64,000 nt of DNA, taken from contig CBDCOH010000002.1 of assembly GCA_965219685.1 (NCBI GenBank), positions 4,192,001 to 4,256,000 on the forward strand. The letters are read 5' to 3'. This stretch comes from Candidatus Spongiisociaceae bacterium (GTDB lineage: Bacteria > Actinomycetota > Acidimicrobiia > Spongiisociales > Spongiisociaceae). The notes below the pieces were generated by a model. That model searched no databases and had not been told where the DNA came from. It saw only the letters and a list, made by a program, of their open reading frames with translations. Positions 49,595 through 59,381 of this stretch are shown one piece after another (position 1 is the first letter of the stretch; each line of letters begins with the position of its first letter). The translations under genes were made by a program, and so were the position numbers.

Positions 49595-49602
49595 GAGGGG
49601 GG

Positions 49603-49631
49603 AGTGTAATGAGAATGAGTCTCATTCTCAT
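49603..49631 (-). promoter_or_regulatory. Perfect 11-1-11 palindromic operator (Fur/Zur-like) adjoining a TACACT -10
   Basis: ATGAGAATGAG-T-CTCATTCTCAT at 49609-49631. TACACT lies 8 nt upstream of ATG 49594. Confidence 0.75.
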
Positions 49632-49909
49632 AATGAGATGGGGGTGTGTGCAGACCATCGCCGAACGGTCCAAGCGTGAGGCCACCGATGGGTGCCCGGT
49701 GCGGCATGTGGGTTTGAATCCCACCGGGTACCCGGGTTCCCGCAACGATCTCGACCGTTCCGGCTTGTTCCGGACTACCGATGGATACGGTCCTGTGTTG
49801 CGCCTGACGGCTTGGATGCGGCCGCTTGCTCCTGCCGCTGGGCGCAAGCATCGATCTGCCAGGCTCCCAGCGGATTTGTCCAGTGCCGACTCGTATGGAA
49901 CGCTGCACC

Positions 49910-50458
49910 ATGGCACGTATCGAAGTGATTCCCGACGACTCCTGGGACGGCGCGCTCGGCGAGCTCTACCCCCGGGTTGTCGATCGCGCGTACGGCCGCG
50001 TCGACAACATCCTCGCCGTGCACTCCCTCAACCCCCGCGGCATGGCTGCGCACCAGGGGCTGTACGAGTCGGCGATGGCCGGCACAGCGACGCTCCGTAA
50101 GGTCGAGCGGGAGATAATCGCCCTGGTCGTGAGCCTCGAGAATGACTGTCACTACTGAGTCGTCCACCACCGGCGCGGTCTGCGCCGGCTGATCCACGAC
50201 GACGAGCTTGTCGCAGAGATCGAACGGGACTGGGAGACAGCCGCCCTGTCACCCAAGCGGAGGTCGATGCTGAGGTTCGCGGTCAAGCTGACGACGGCGC
50301 CGGGCGCGATGGACGACGCCGACGTCGAGGATCTTCGATCGGCCGGTTTCTCTGATCGTGACATCCTCGACATAGTCGAGGTCGTCGGCTACTACGCGTA
50401 CGCGAACCGGGTTGCCGACGGTCTCGGCATCGAGACCGAACCCTGGATCAGCGACTGA
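49910..50458 (+). CDS. AhpD/CMD-family peroxidase-related selenoprotein (CxxU)
   Basis: EIIALVVSLENDCHY-TGA(50156-50158)-VVHH continues in frame to ...YANRVADGLG. TGA sits at the second Cys of the CxxC motif and a SECIS follows. Confidence 0.85.
50159..50203 (+). promoter_or_regulatory. Bacterial SECIS element
   Basis: 11 nt after UGA: stem CCGGCGC / loop GGUCU / GCGCCGG (50170-50188), with an outer GUCGU/ACGAC pairing. The loop resembles the fdhF-type SECIS. Confidence 0.8.
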
Positions 50459-50462
50459 AACG

Positions 50463-50941
50463 TCACGAGCCACCAGAGGTCCGTGACTGTGGGGTCGGGT
50501 AGCTGAGCCGGACCAGGGGGATCGCCCGGTCGGTGCGCTCCTGGTACCGCGCGTAGCGAGGAGCGCCCGCGATCCGCGCCTCCCACAACTCCTCCCGCTC
50601 AGCACCGGTGAGGTCTCCGCCACCGCCGGGAGGATTCGCCCCCTGTCCTGCACTTTCACGTCGTGGTTGGCTACGAGATTGTGGTACCAGGCCGGGTGGC
50701 GATCGGCGCCGCCGAAGGACCCGACCACCACCATCGAGTCGCCGTCGGGCAGGTGGCTGAGGCACACCGTGTGCGGCCTGGTGGAACGGCGGCCGGTGGT
50801 GCGAAGGAGGATGCAAGGCATCCCGTCGACCCGGCCGCCGACCCTGCCCCCGGTCAGCCCGTACAGAACGACGTGGATGCGCGAGATCCACGGGATGAGC
50901 CAGTGCGGAGGTGTCCAGTCGCTGACGCTCGGGCGACTCAT
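50463..50941 (-). pseudogene. Deazaflavin (F420)-dependent nitroreductase-family protein, 1-bp frameshift at ~50614
   Basis: TTGRRS..SFGGADRHPAWYHNLVAN lies in one frame and EREELW..YARYQERTDRAIPLVRL in another. Confidence 0.75.
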
Positions 50942-51238
50942 CCCCTTCTCCCTCGTATCGCCGCAGGACGATCGTCCTTCAGGGCGGGGTCCCGGTCCGT
51001 GTCGGGGCGACGCCACGGCTCTCTGCGTTCCTGCTACACCTGCAGGACACGTCGCAGCGAGGACAGGCTCCGCCGCAGGTTAGGCCGGATCTCGGACACC
51101 GGCATTTCCGCTGTAGAGCCAGCGATCCGGGTCCAACTCGACCTGTAGCGTGGGGCCTGGCCGCTGCGTTGATCGAATCGCTCAACTGCCTGCGCAGGGC
51201 GTGCGTCGGGCAGTGGCGCGTGAGAGGTGAAAGGGCAC

Positions 51239-52567
51239 ATGGTTAGGAGACTCGTCTGGGTTGGTGTGCTCGCCGTGATGCTGGTGGGCGGGGTCGCTGC
51301 GGTCGGGGGAGGGGCGGAGAACAGGTTCGCAGACGATGACGGATCTGTCCATGAGCCGGCGTTGGGAGCTCTCGGCTGGACTGGGGTGGTTGCGGGGACC
51401 GAATGCGGTCCGGCAGCGATCTGCCCCGAAGTCCCACTTGACCGCTGGACGATGGCCGTGTGGCTGGCGCGCGCCAGGCAGTATCCGTACGGTGACCTGT
51501 GGCGCGGGCTGTCCTTCGCCGACTGGCGGGCGATTGTCGATGCCTACATGGAGGCCCCACTGCACGAGCGCGATCCCGTCGAGGAGACCCGGTTCGCCGA
51601 TGTGGATGCCGCCGATTGGAGGGCGACCTACGTGGAGGCGGTCGCCGCGAATGGGATCGTCTCGGGATGCAGGGCGGACCCACCGGAGTTCTGTCCCGAC
51701 TGGTCCGTGACCAGGGGGCAGGTGGCCGCCGTCCTGGTCCGCGCCTTCAACCTCGAGGGGGCCGACGCTGCGCTCGCGTTCACGGACATCGCCGGTGATG
51801 CCCACGAGGTGAGCATCCGGCAGTTGGCGAGCGCCGGGGTCACGGTCGGATGCGCGACGGAGCCTCTACGGTTTTGCCCCGGGGCTCCGGTTACCAGGGG
51901 CGAGATGGCGACCTTCCTCGTGCGGGCGATGGGACGCGCATGGGCGCTTCCCGACCCGAATCCCGGCGACACGGTCGACTGCGAGGACTTCGAGACCCAG
52001 GGGGAAGCCCAGGTGTTCTTCGACAGCTACTACCTCTACTACGGGGATGTGGCGATGCTCGACGATGGAGACAGGCCTCTGGTGGCGTGCGAGTCATTGC
52101 CGGCGACACCGTGGCGGTACTTGAAGGTCATCGACTCCGAGGGTGAGGTGTCGCCGTGGGTCGGGGTGTGGGCCGCTACGGATGGGGCAGCCGCGCGGGG
52201 ACAGCGTGCTCACCTGGGCGTGGACTGCGGTCAGCCGTTCCTGAGACTGGGAGACGGGCCCGTCGCCGGGGATCGGGTCTCGGTCGAGTTCGAGTTCCAC
52301 CCGGGCGGCGAGCTGTCGAGCGAGTCGTGGGCAGTGTCCCGGGAGGGTGCCGACAGGTTCCTCCTGATGGGCTTCGAGGGTGACTTCTACCAGCAACTCT
52401 GGGCTGGCGGCGGGGAGGAACTCCGCATCCGGGTCGGTTCCTACGACTACCGCTTCGGAGTGGCCGACTACGCGGCGGCCCTGGATTGGCTCAGCGACCG
52501 ATGTATGACCGACGCGAAGTCGGATCAGGGGGGATGGCCGTACTGGACAAGTCCCGGATGGGCTTGA
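51239..52567 (+). CDS. SLH-domain protein with Excalibur-like Ca-binding domain
   Basis: Signal peptide, SLH repeats and DCEDF.TQ.EAQ...LDDGD..VACESL. Confidence 0.8.
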   Translation: MVRRLVWVGVLAVMLVGGVAAVGGGAENRFADDDGSVHEPALGALGWTGVVAGTECGPAAICPEVPLDRWTMAVWLARARQYPYGDLWRGLSFADWRAIVDAYMEAPLHERDPVEETRFADVDAADWRATYVEAVAANGIVSGCRADPPEFCPDWSVTRGQVAAVLVRAFNLEGADAALAFTDIAGDAHEVSIRQLASAGVTVGCATEPLRFCPGAPVTRGEMATFLVRAMGRAWALPDPNPGDTVDCEDFETQGEAQVFFDSYYLYYGDVAMLDDGDRPLVACESLPATPWRYLKVIDSEGEVSPWVGVWAATDGAAARGQRAHLGVDCGQPFLRLGDGPVAGDRVSVEFEFHPGGELSSESWAVSREGADRFLLMGFEGDFYQQLWAGGGEELRIRVGSYDYRFGVADYAAALDWLSDRCMTDAKSDQGGWPYWTSPGWA

Positions 52568-52741
52568 CCTCCACTCAGGGTAATGCGGAGTCCGCCGGGA
52601 CGGACCCTCCGAGGGCCTGAACCTGGGCGGACGGGCGCCTGGAGACCCCAACACCCATGCGGAGACCGGAAACGACCCGATCTAACCCCGACTACCGATC
52701 ACCAACGACTGACTACCGACTACCGACCAGAAACTAGTCGC

Positions 52742-53743
52742 CTAGTCGACCGTCCAGGTGCCGAGGCTGGTGAGCAGCTTGGATAGGTCCCCGTTGCCGC
52801 GGGCCGCCTTGGACCGGGTGACCGCTTCCTGGAGGGCGTCATCGTAGACAGGCCGGTAGACGTCTCGGAAGATGCCTATGGGCGTCGGGCCGTAGGGTCC
52901 GTGGGCCAGGCGGGACAGGGCGAAGGCCTGGGAGGCGTCCTCGGCGTGGGCGTCGTGGACGATTATCTGCGACGGGCTGACCGAGGCCCGGTCGACGATC
53001 ACCGCCCGGCCGCCGTCCCATACCACGGCCTTCTCCTTGTTGGCCCCGAACACGATCGGCTGGCCGTGAACGAGGTCGATCCGGTTGGCGTAGCGCTCCT
53101 TCTTGCCGGTCAACTGGATGAAGGCCTTGTCGTTGAACACGTTGCAGTTCTGGTAGATCTCGATGAGGGCGGAACCGCGGTGGGAGTGGGCCGCCTTCAG
53201 CATGGCGGTAGTGTGCTTGCGGTCCATGTCGAGGGTCCGGGCCACGAAGGAGGCCTCGGCGCCCAGCGCCAAGCTGACCGGGTTGAACGGGTAGTCGATC
53301 GACCCGGCCGGCGACGACTTGGTGGCCTTGCCGGGTTCGGATGTGGGCGAGTACTGACCCTTGGTCAGCCCGTAGATCTGGTTGTTGAACAGCAGGATCG
53401 TCATGTCGATGTTGCGCCGCAGGGCGTGGATCAGGTGGTTGCCGCCGATCGACAGGAGGTCCCCGTCGCCTCCCACCACCCACACCGACAGCGCAGGGTT
53501 GGCCACGGCCACGCCGGTAGCGATGGCCGGGGCACGGCCGTGGATGGCGTGCATGCCGTAGGTGTTCATGTAGTAGGGGAAACGCGCCGCGCACCCGATG
53601 CCGGAGACGAAGACGACGTTCTCCCGCTTGATGTCGAGTCCCGCGAAGAAGTTCTGGACCGCGGCGAGGATCGTGTAGTCACCGCAGCCGGGGCACCAAC
53701 GTACCTCCTGGTCGGTCTGGAAATCAACCCGTGTGTAGCTCAT
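52742..53743 (-). CDS. korB: 2-oxoacid:ferredoxin oxidoreductase beta subunit
   Basis: WCPGCGD, SGIGC, IHGRA, GDGD..SIGGNH and YGLTKGQ motifs. Confidence 0.9.
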   Translation of the reverse strand: MSYTRVDFQTDQEVRWCPGCGDYTILAAVQNFFAGLDIKRENVVFVSGIGCAARFPYYMNTYGMHAIHGRAPAIATGVAVANPALSVWVVGGDGDLLSIGGNHLIHALRRNIDMTILLFNNQIYGLTKGQYSPTSEPGKATKSSPAGSIDYPFNPVSLALGAEASFVARTLDMDRKHTTAMLKAAHSHRGSALIEIYQNCNVFNDKAFIQLTGKKERYANRIDLVHGQPIVFGANKEKAVVWDGGRAVIVDRASVSPSQIIVHDAHAEDASQAFALSRLAHGPYGPTPIGIFRDVYRPVYDDALQEAVTRSKAARGNGDLSKLLTSLGTWTVD

Positions 53744-55644
53744 CGGCCTGTTATCTCCATGATCTTGGCGGCTATCTCACCGGATGTGAACGGAACCCCC
53801 TCCACCTTGTTGTAGGAGATGACGGGCCGGACGAACTCCGCCTTGATCATCCGGGAAAGCTGCCCGTTGTTCAGCTCAGGGATCAGCACCTTCTCGTAGC
53901 TGCTGAGGACGGTGGGCATGTTGGGAGCGAAGGGGCTGAGGTACCGGATCCGGGCATAGGCGACGTTGCAGCCCTGCTTCCTGGCGTTGCCCACCCCGGC
54001 CTTCACCGCCGAGTAGGTCGAGCCCCAGCTCAGCACCAGCAGGTCTGCCCCGCCGGGATCGTCGACCTCCACCTCGGGGATGTCGTTGGCGATGTTCGCC
54101 ACCTTCCACGCCCTGATGTCGGTCATGAGCTGGTGGTTGGCAGGGTCGTAGGAGACGTTCCCCGTCACCTCCTCCTTTTCCAGGCCTCCGATGCGGTGCT
54201 CGAGGCCGGGCATCCCCGGGACGGCCCACCTCCGGGCCATGGTCTGGAGGTCTCGCAGGTAGGGCAGGAAGTTGTCGCCGGCGTTCGGCCCGGTCGCGAA
54301 CGGGACCTCGAGCCCGGGGAGGGATCCGATGTCTGGCAGCCTCCACGGCTCGGAGCCGGTGGCGATGTAGCCGTCGGAGAGCAGGATGACCGGCGTCATG
54401 AACTTGACGGCGATCCGGGCTGCTTCGATGGCCACCTCGAATGCGTCCGACGGGGACGATGCAGCTACCACCGGGAGGGGCGACTCGCCGTGGCGGCCCC
54501 ACACCGCCAGGAAGAGGTCGGACTGCTCGGGCTTGGTCGGGAGACCGGTGGACGGTCCGCCCCGCTGCACGTCGACGATGATCATGGGCATCTCGGTTAT
54601 GACCGCCAGACTGATGGTCTCGCCCTTGAGTGACAGGCCCGGCCCGCTGGTGCCGGTGACAGCCAGCGACCCGGCGAAGGCGGCACCGAGCGCGGCGCCG
54701 GCCGCCGCGATCTCGTCCTCGGCCTGGAAGGTCTTGACCCCGAAGTTCCGGTGGCGCACCAGCTCATGGAGTATCTCGGAGGCGGGGGTGATCGGGTAGG
54801 AGGCGTAGAACAACGGCAGGCCGGACAGTTGCGAGGCTGCCACCAGTCCCCACGACAGAGCGGCGTTGCCGTTCACGTTCGTATAGACGCCCGGGGGGAG
54901 TGCAGCCGGCCGGACCTCGATCTGGCGGGCGAGGGTCTCGGTGGTTATCCCGTAGTTGTAGCCGGCCTTGAGAGCTGCGAGGTTGGCGTTCATGACCGGC
55001 TCGATGCGGCCGAACTTCTTCTTTACCCAGTCGGCCGTCACGTTGGTGTCGCGCCCGAACATCCACAGCAGGAGCCCCAGGGCGAGGAAGTTCTTCGAGC
55101 GGAGCACCGCCCGCCCGCTCACACCCGAGCCCTTGACGGCTTCCTTGGTGAGGGTCTCCATCGGTACTCGGTGGACGTCGAAGCCGGAGAGGGTGCCGTC
55201 TTCTAGGGGGCTGGTCTCGAACCCGGCCTTGTAGAGGTTGCGCTCGTCGAAGGCTTCCTCGTTGATGATCAGTATCCCGTCCTGGCGCAGGTCCTTGAGG
55301 TGGACCTTGAGGGCGGCCGGGTTCATGGCCACCAGCACCCCGGGCCGGTCGCCCGGAGTCAGGATGTCCCAGTCGGCTATCTGGAGCTGGAAGGACGAGA
55401 CGCCGGGTAGGGTGCCGGCCGGAGCGCGGATCTCGGCCGGGAAGGTGGGCAGGGTGGCCAGATCGTTCCCGAAGTTTGCGGCAGCGTCGGTGAACCGGTT
55501 GCCGGCCAGCTGCATCCCGTCGCCTGAGTCGCCGGCGAAACGGATCACCATACGATCCTGGTTTACGACCTGAATGCCCCCGTTCGGCCCCGCCGCCCCG
55601 GGGTCTGGCTGACCGGGGCCCGCTGCGTAGTTCTCGCTATCCAC
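53740..55644 (-). CDS. korA: 2-oxoacid:ferredoxin oxidoreductase alpha subunit
   Basis: AGDSGDG, YPITPAS, QAEDEIAA and QRGGPSTGLPT motifs. Confidence 0.9.
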   Translation of the reverse strand: MDSENYAAGPGQPDPGAAGPNGGIQVVNQDRMVIRFAGDSGDGMQLAGNRFTDAAANFGNDLATLPTFPAEIRAPAGTLPGVSSFQLQIADWDILTPGDRPGVLVAMNPAALKVHLKDLRQDGILIINEEAFDERNLYKAGFETSPLEDGTLSGFDVHRVPMETLTKEAVKGSGVSGRAVLRSKNFLALGLLLWMFGRDTNVTADWVKKKFGRIEPVMNANLAALKAGYNYGITTETLARQIEVRPAALPPGVYTNVNGNAALSWGLVAASQLSGLPLFYASYPITPASEILHELVRHRNFGVKTFQAEDEIAAAGAALGAAFAGSLAVTGTSGPGLSLKGETISLAVITEMPMIIVDVQRGGPSTGLPTKPEQSDLFLAVWGRHGESPLPVVAASSPSDAFEVAIEAARIAVKFMTPVILLSDGYIATGSEPWRLPDIGSLPGLEVPFATGPNAGDNFLPYLRDLQTMARRWAVPGMPGLEHRIGGLEKEEVTGNVSYDPANHQLMTDIRAWKVANIANDIPEVEVDDPGGADLLVLSWGSTYSAVKAGVGNARKQGCNVAYARIRYLSPFAPNMPTVLSSYEKVLIPELNNGQLSRMIKAEFVRPVISYNKVEGVPFTSGEIAAKIMEITGR

Positions 55645-55847
55645 TTCCTTGACTCTCTCTCAACGCGCGTGCGAGCGCTCTCCCGGGCGTTTCGGAGTGG
55701 TCAGCAACGTCGTCGGCCCGGTCCGAATTCCCCGGCGAGGCGCATGCGGCCAAGTGTACCCTGCCCGGCTGCCTTTCCGGTACTCGAATCCATTCGCAAC
55801 TTCCCCGCCACCGGGCGTTTCCGGCCGGACATGGGAACGTACCGGAT

Positions 55848-57221
55848 TTAGCCGGGCGGGGGTCTCGATGCCACCAGCCCGAGGCGCTCCAGTGCTTCCC
55901 CGACATCGAGCACGAACTCCTCCTCCCCCCAGGGGGCGATCAACTGGACGGCAGGTGGAGGCGTCCCGCCGTCTACGAGGGGCAGGGAGATGGCCGCGCA
56001 GCCCAACACGTTTACCAGGGATGTGAAGCCGCCCAGTACGTCGCCGGTCCAGTGGGGTTTCCCGCCGACCACGATCTCAGCGACCCCGATCGTCTTGCGG
56101 TTGTGGCCGACCGTCGGCGTCAGGATCAGGTCGTATCCGGAGAACATCCTCCGGGCCGCCTGGACCACTCCGGCCTTCCATCGCAGCGCCCGCGTGTACT
56201 CGTCGATGGTGGTGCGCATCGCCGTCTCCACGCGCTCGCGGGCTTCAGGTCCGTATGGCTTGTCGGGGTCGTCGATCCATTGCCTGTGGACGGCGGCTGC
56301 CTCGGCGGCGGACAGCGCGACGCGGATCGGATCCGGTACCAACGACCGGTCCCGAACCGGTTCGACCCTCGGGCCGGCCTCCTTCAGCCGTTCGCAGAAC
56401 GTTTCGAACGACGTTCGGATCTCATCGGATGTCGGTACCCACTCGAGCCACTCGACCGGCACGGCCACCCGGATCCGATCGAGCGAGCGGAGCCGCCGAC
56501 CTTGCCGGTCCATGGGGTCGGACCAGGGATCGCTGCGGTCGAACCCCTTCATGGCCGTGTACACGAGGCGGGCGTCTGCGCAGGTGGTGGCCAGCGGTCC
56601 CACGGTGTCCATCGATCCCGCCAGAGGGAACACCCCGGTGAGAGGGACCCGGCCGTGAGTCACCTTGAGACCGACGACGCCGCACAGCGCGGCCGGCACC
56701 CGGACCGAGCCGCCGGTGTCCGTTCCTATGGCGGCCGGGGCCATGCCCGCCGAGACGGCGACGGCCGATCCCCCGGACGACCCGCCCGGCGACAGGTTCC
56801 GGTCCCAAGGGTTGCGAACCACTCCGAACCAGGGATTCTCGGACGAGCCCCCGTACGCGAACTCGTCGAGCCCGGTGCGGCCCATGATGATCGCCCCGGC
56901 CGCCTCCAGCCGGTCGACCGCCGGGGCCGACACGGCGGCTTCCTTCCGGTAGAAGCCCGATCCGGCGGTGGTCACGTGCCCGGCGTGGTCGACCAGGTCC
57001 TTGAGGGCGATCGGGACGCCGGCCAGGGATCCGGTGAGGGACCCGGCGTCGACCAGGTCGGCCTGACGCAGCGCGCCGTCGGGGTCGAGTTCGGTGAAGG
57101 CGTTGAGGTCCGGGTTGAGGGTCTGGGCTGTCCCGAGGTAACCCTCCACCACCTCGCGGGCGGTTCTGGCACCGGTGTGGACCGCCCGGACGATGGACTC
57201 GACAGGGCCTTCCACGGTCAC
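55848..57221 (-). CDS. Amidase signature family protein
   Basis: GGSSGGS and GTDTGGSVR motifs, catalytic Lys in ALKD. Confidence 0.9.
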   Translation of the reverse strand: MTVEGPVESIVRAVHTGARTAREVVEGYLGTAQTLNPDLNAFTELDPDGALRQADLVDAGSLTGSLAGVPIALKDLVDHAGHVTTAGSGFYRKEAAVSAPAVDRLEAAGAIIMGRTGLDEFAYGGSSENPWFGVVRNPWDRNLSPGGSSGGSAVAVSAGMAPAAIGTDTGGSVRVPAALCGVVGLKVTHGRVPLTGVFPLAGSMDTVGPLATTCADARLVYTAMKGFDRSDPWSDPMDRQGRRLRSLDRIRVAVPVEWLEWVPTSDEIRTSFETFCERLKEAGPRVEPVRDRSLVPDPIRVALSAAEAAAVHRQWIDDPDKPYGPEARERVETAMRTTIDEYTRALRWKAGVVQAARRMFSGYDLILTPTVGHNRKTIGVAEIVVGGKPHWTGDVLGGFTSLVNVLGCAAISLPLVDGGTPPPAVQLIAPWGEEEFVLDVGEALERLGLVASRPPPG

Positions 57222-57225
57222 CCGG

Positions 57226-58494
57226 CTACCAGACCAGTTCGGCGGTCTCCGGGTAGATCATTATCCAGAGCCTCCCCGGAGGCACCGTGATCGGATTACC
57301 GCGGGGATCCGTGATCCTGAACCATTCGCCGGCGCTCTCCCGTCTCCAGCGGCCCTCCGAGTACCGTCCCTGCCCGAACACGATCGCCCGGTTCTCACCC
57401 ACCGTGTTCCAGGCCGGCACGCACGAACCCTCCCCCGGTGGGCAGTCCGTGTAACGCTCCGCCATGAGCACGATGAGCACGTCTGCTCCTATCTGGCCGG
57501 TGTCGTCACCGTCCCGGCTCCTCCAGAGGTGCGGTTCGCCGTCCGACGACCGCAGGTATCTGGTCCCGTCCCAACGCCACACGACGTCGACATCATCGCT
57601 CCAGTCGAAGAAGATGTAGCTGGCGGTCGCCCCCACGGGACCGCTCAGGTCTCCCCGGTTGAAGAGGGTCGGCGGAGCCTTGCGCCCGTAGCCCCGTTCG
57701 GCTGACACCCGGCGGGCCTCGTAGGTGTCGACGTACAGGTTGTGGGGCGCCCTCCGCTCATTCCAGCGGGCGGTCAGGGGAGGGCCGAGGTCGCCGATCA
57801 GCGGTACGTCGTTCCTGGTTATCTTGCCGGTGATCCATGGTTGGCCGCCACTGATCAGCAGCACACCCTCCAGGGGCCTCACCAGGGTCCAGTCGGTGGG
57901 CCGGGCCGAGCGCATGGGTCCTACCCAGTCGGAGTCGGAGTTGTGGAACAGGGCGATGAACCTGGTTAGACCGCCCTCGACCACCAGTTCGTACACCGCG
58001 TCGGCCTTCTCGATCCCCGACTGCGGTTGGGCGTTCCAATGGTTGTCCATCTTGACGGCCACCAGCTTGCGGTCGAGGAGGTTCACGTCTGTCACCGGTA
58101 GCCCGGTCACGGGTGAGACCGGGCCCGAGTAGGCGGTCGTCGTGGGCCCGGCGGTGGTCTCCGTGGGGGACTCCTCGTCGCTGGTGGACCCGGCGGTGGT
58201 CTCGGTAGTGGGCTCGTCGGCCGTGCTGGATCCGTCGGCGGCGGCGGGTGCGGCGACGGTGGTACCGGTGCCGGCCGGCGCCGTATCGGCGGGCGATTCC
58301 TCCGCCGGCTGTGCCGGCGCTTCGCCGGTCGTATCTACCGCGCCGCTCTCGGCACCGGGCTCCCCCGCCGCGGTGGCGGTGGTCGTGCCCGAGGACGCGG
58401 CCGTGACGGAAGGAGTCGGGGCAGGATCCTCACTGCCACACGCGACCACCAGGAGCAGCCATACGATCAGTCCGGCTAACAGTTTTCGCGACAT
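57226..58494 (-). CDS. DUF3048-family lipoprotein
   Basis: Lipobox VVAC; VKMDN..AQPQSG, VEGGLTR, GPMRSAR and APHNLY motifs. Confidence 0.85.
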   Translation of the reverse strand: MSRKLLAGLIVWLLLVVACGSEDPAPTPSVTAASSGTTTATAAGEPGAESGAVDTTGEAPAQPAEESPADTAPAGTGTTVAAPAAADGSSTADEPTTETTAGSTSDEESPTETTAGPTTTAYSGPVSPVTGLPVTDVNLLDRKLVAVKMDNHWNAQPQSGIEKADAVYELVVEGGLTRFIALFHNSDSDWVGPMRSARPTDWTLVRPLEGVLLISGGQPWITGKITRNDVPLIGDLGPPLTARWNERRAPHNLYVDTYEARRVSAERGYGRKAPPTLFNRGDLSGPVGATASYIFFDWSDDVDVVWRWDGTRYLRSSDGEPHLWRSRDGDDTGQIGADVLIVLMAERYTDCPPGEGSCVPAWNTVGENRAIVFGQGRYSEGRWRRESAGEWFRITDPRGNPITVPPGRLWIMIYPETAELVW

Positions 58495-58539
58495 TGCGCT
58501 CAGAGTGTCTCAGAAACGGACTGCCAATTGCAACGACCT

Positions 58540-58714
58540 AATGGTGAATGGTGAATGGTGAATGGTGGCTGGTGGCTGGTGGCTGGTGGCTGGTGGCTGG
58601 TGAATGGTGAATGGTGAATGGTGAATGGTGAATGGTGAATGGTGAATGGTGAATGGTGAATGGTGAATGGTGAATGGTGAATGGTGAATGGTGAATGGTG
58701 AATGGTGAATGGTG
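58540..58714 (+). repeat. Heptamer tandem repeat, 25 units: (AATGGTG)4(GCTGGTG)5(AATGGTG)16
   Basis: Counted directly; intergenic. Confidence 0.95.
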
Positions 58715-58811
58715 CCAACTCTTGACGGTACTCGACCACCGAGCTAGATCCTTGTCACGATGAGCCATGAGGCGTGGTAGTCGTTCACCGGCAACCGTGC
58801 AACCGGCCCCG

Positions 58812-59213
58812 CTACGGGAGTCGCCGAACTCCCCGGAGTGGCCAGTAGCGGGCTACGGCCACCGAGTGGATCTTCGCGCGGGTGATCGGGCCGGTGGACC
58901 GGCTGTCGTGCGCGGAGTCCGACCGGTTGTCTCCGAACACGAAGAATGAATCCTGCGGTACCGGCCAGTGACCGTCCGGCCGGGTGGCGGCGGTCCACCA
59001 AGGATCGTCGAAGGGTGCCCCGTCGATCATGAGCACTCCCGCCTCGACGGTCACCGTCTCCCCGGGGAGTCCGATGACCCGCTTGACGAGGTAGCGGTCG
59101 CCGGTCCGGTACACGACGACATCCCCGCGCCCCGGTGCGCGGCCGTTGCGGATGCGGCGGGTCAGCAGGTAGTCACCGGGCGCCAGGAGGGGTTCCATCG
59201 AGTGGTCGGCCAC
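58812..59213 (-). CDS. sodX: Nickel-SOD maturation peptidase (S26 family)
   Basis: SMEP, LVKRVIG and GDNR..S.DSR..G motifs; divergent from sodN. The true start is probably upstream and unresolved. Confidence 0.75.
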   Translation of the reverse strand: MADHSMEPLLAPGDYLLTRRIRNGRAPGRGDVVVYRTGDRYLVKRVIGLPGETVTVEAGVLMIDGAPFDDPWWTAATRPDGHWPVPQDSFFVFGDNRSDSAHDSRSTGPITRAKIHSVAVARYWPLRGVRRLP

Positions 59214-59381
59214 CTCGAAGCGGCTGAAGCGGGTCCGGAACCATGCGAACAGGGCGAGTGACGTGATGATGGCGTTCGGCTCCTAGCGGTAGGGCGGGAG
59301 AGGAGAAGTCCGGTTGCGCCGGTGGGCCGGCGGCGAGTGTATTGTCAGGCGGGCAATACAACTAACCCCGAAGGAGACGAC

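Noticed and set aside
58500-58768. HHSPFTI-repeat ORFs
   Set aside because: These are translation artefacts of the heptamer repeat.
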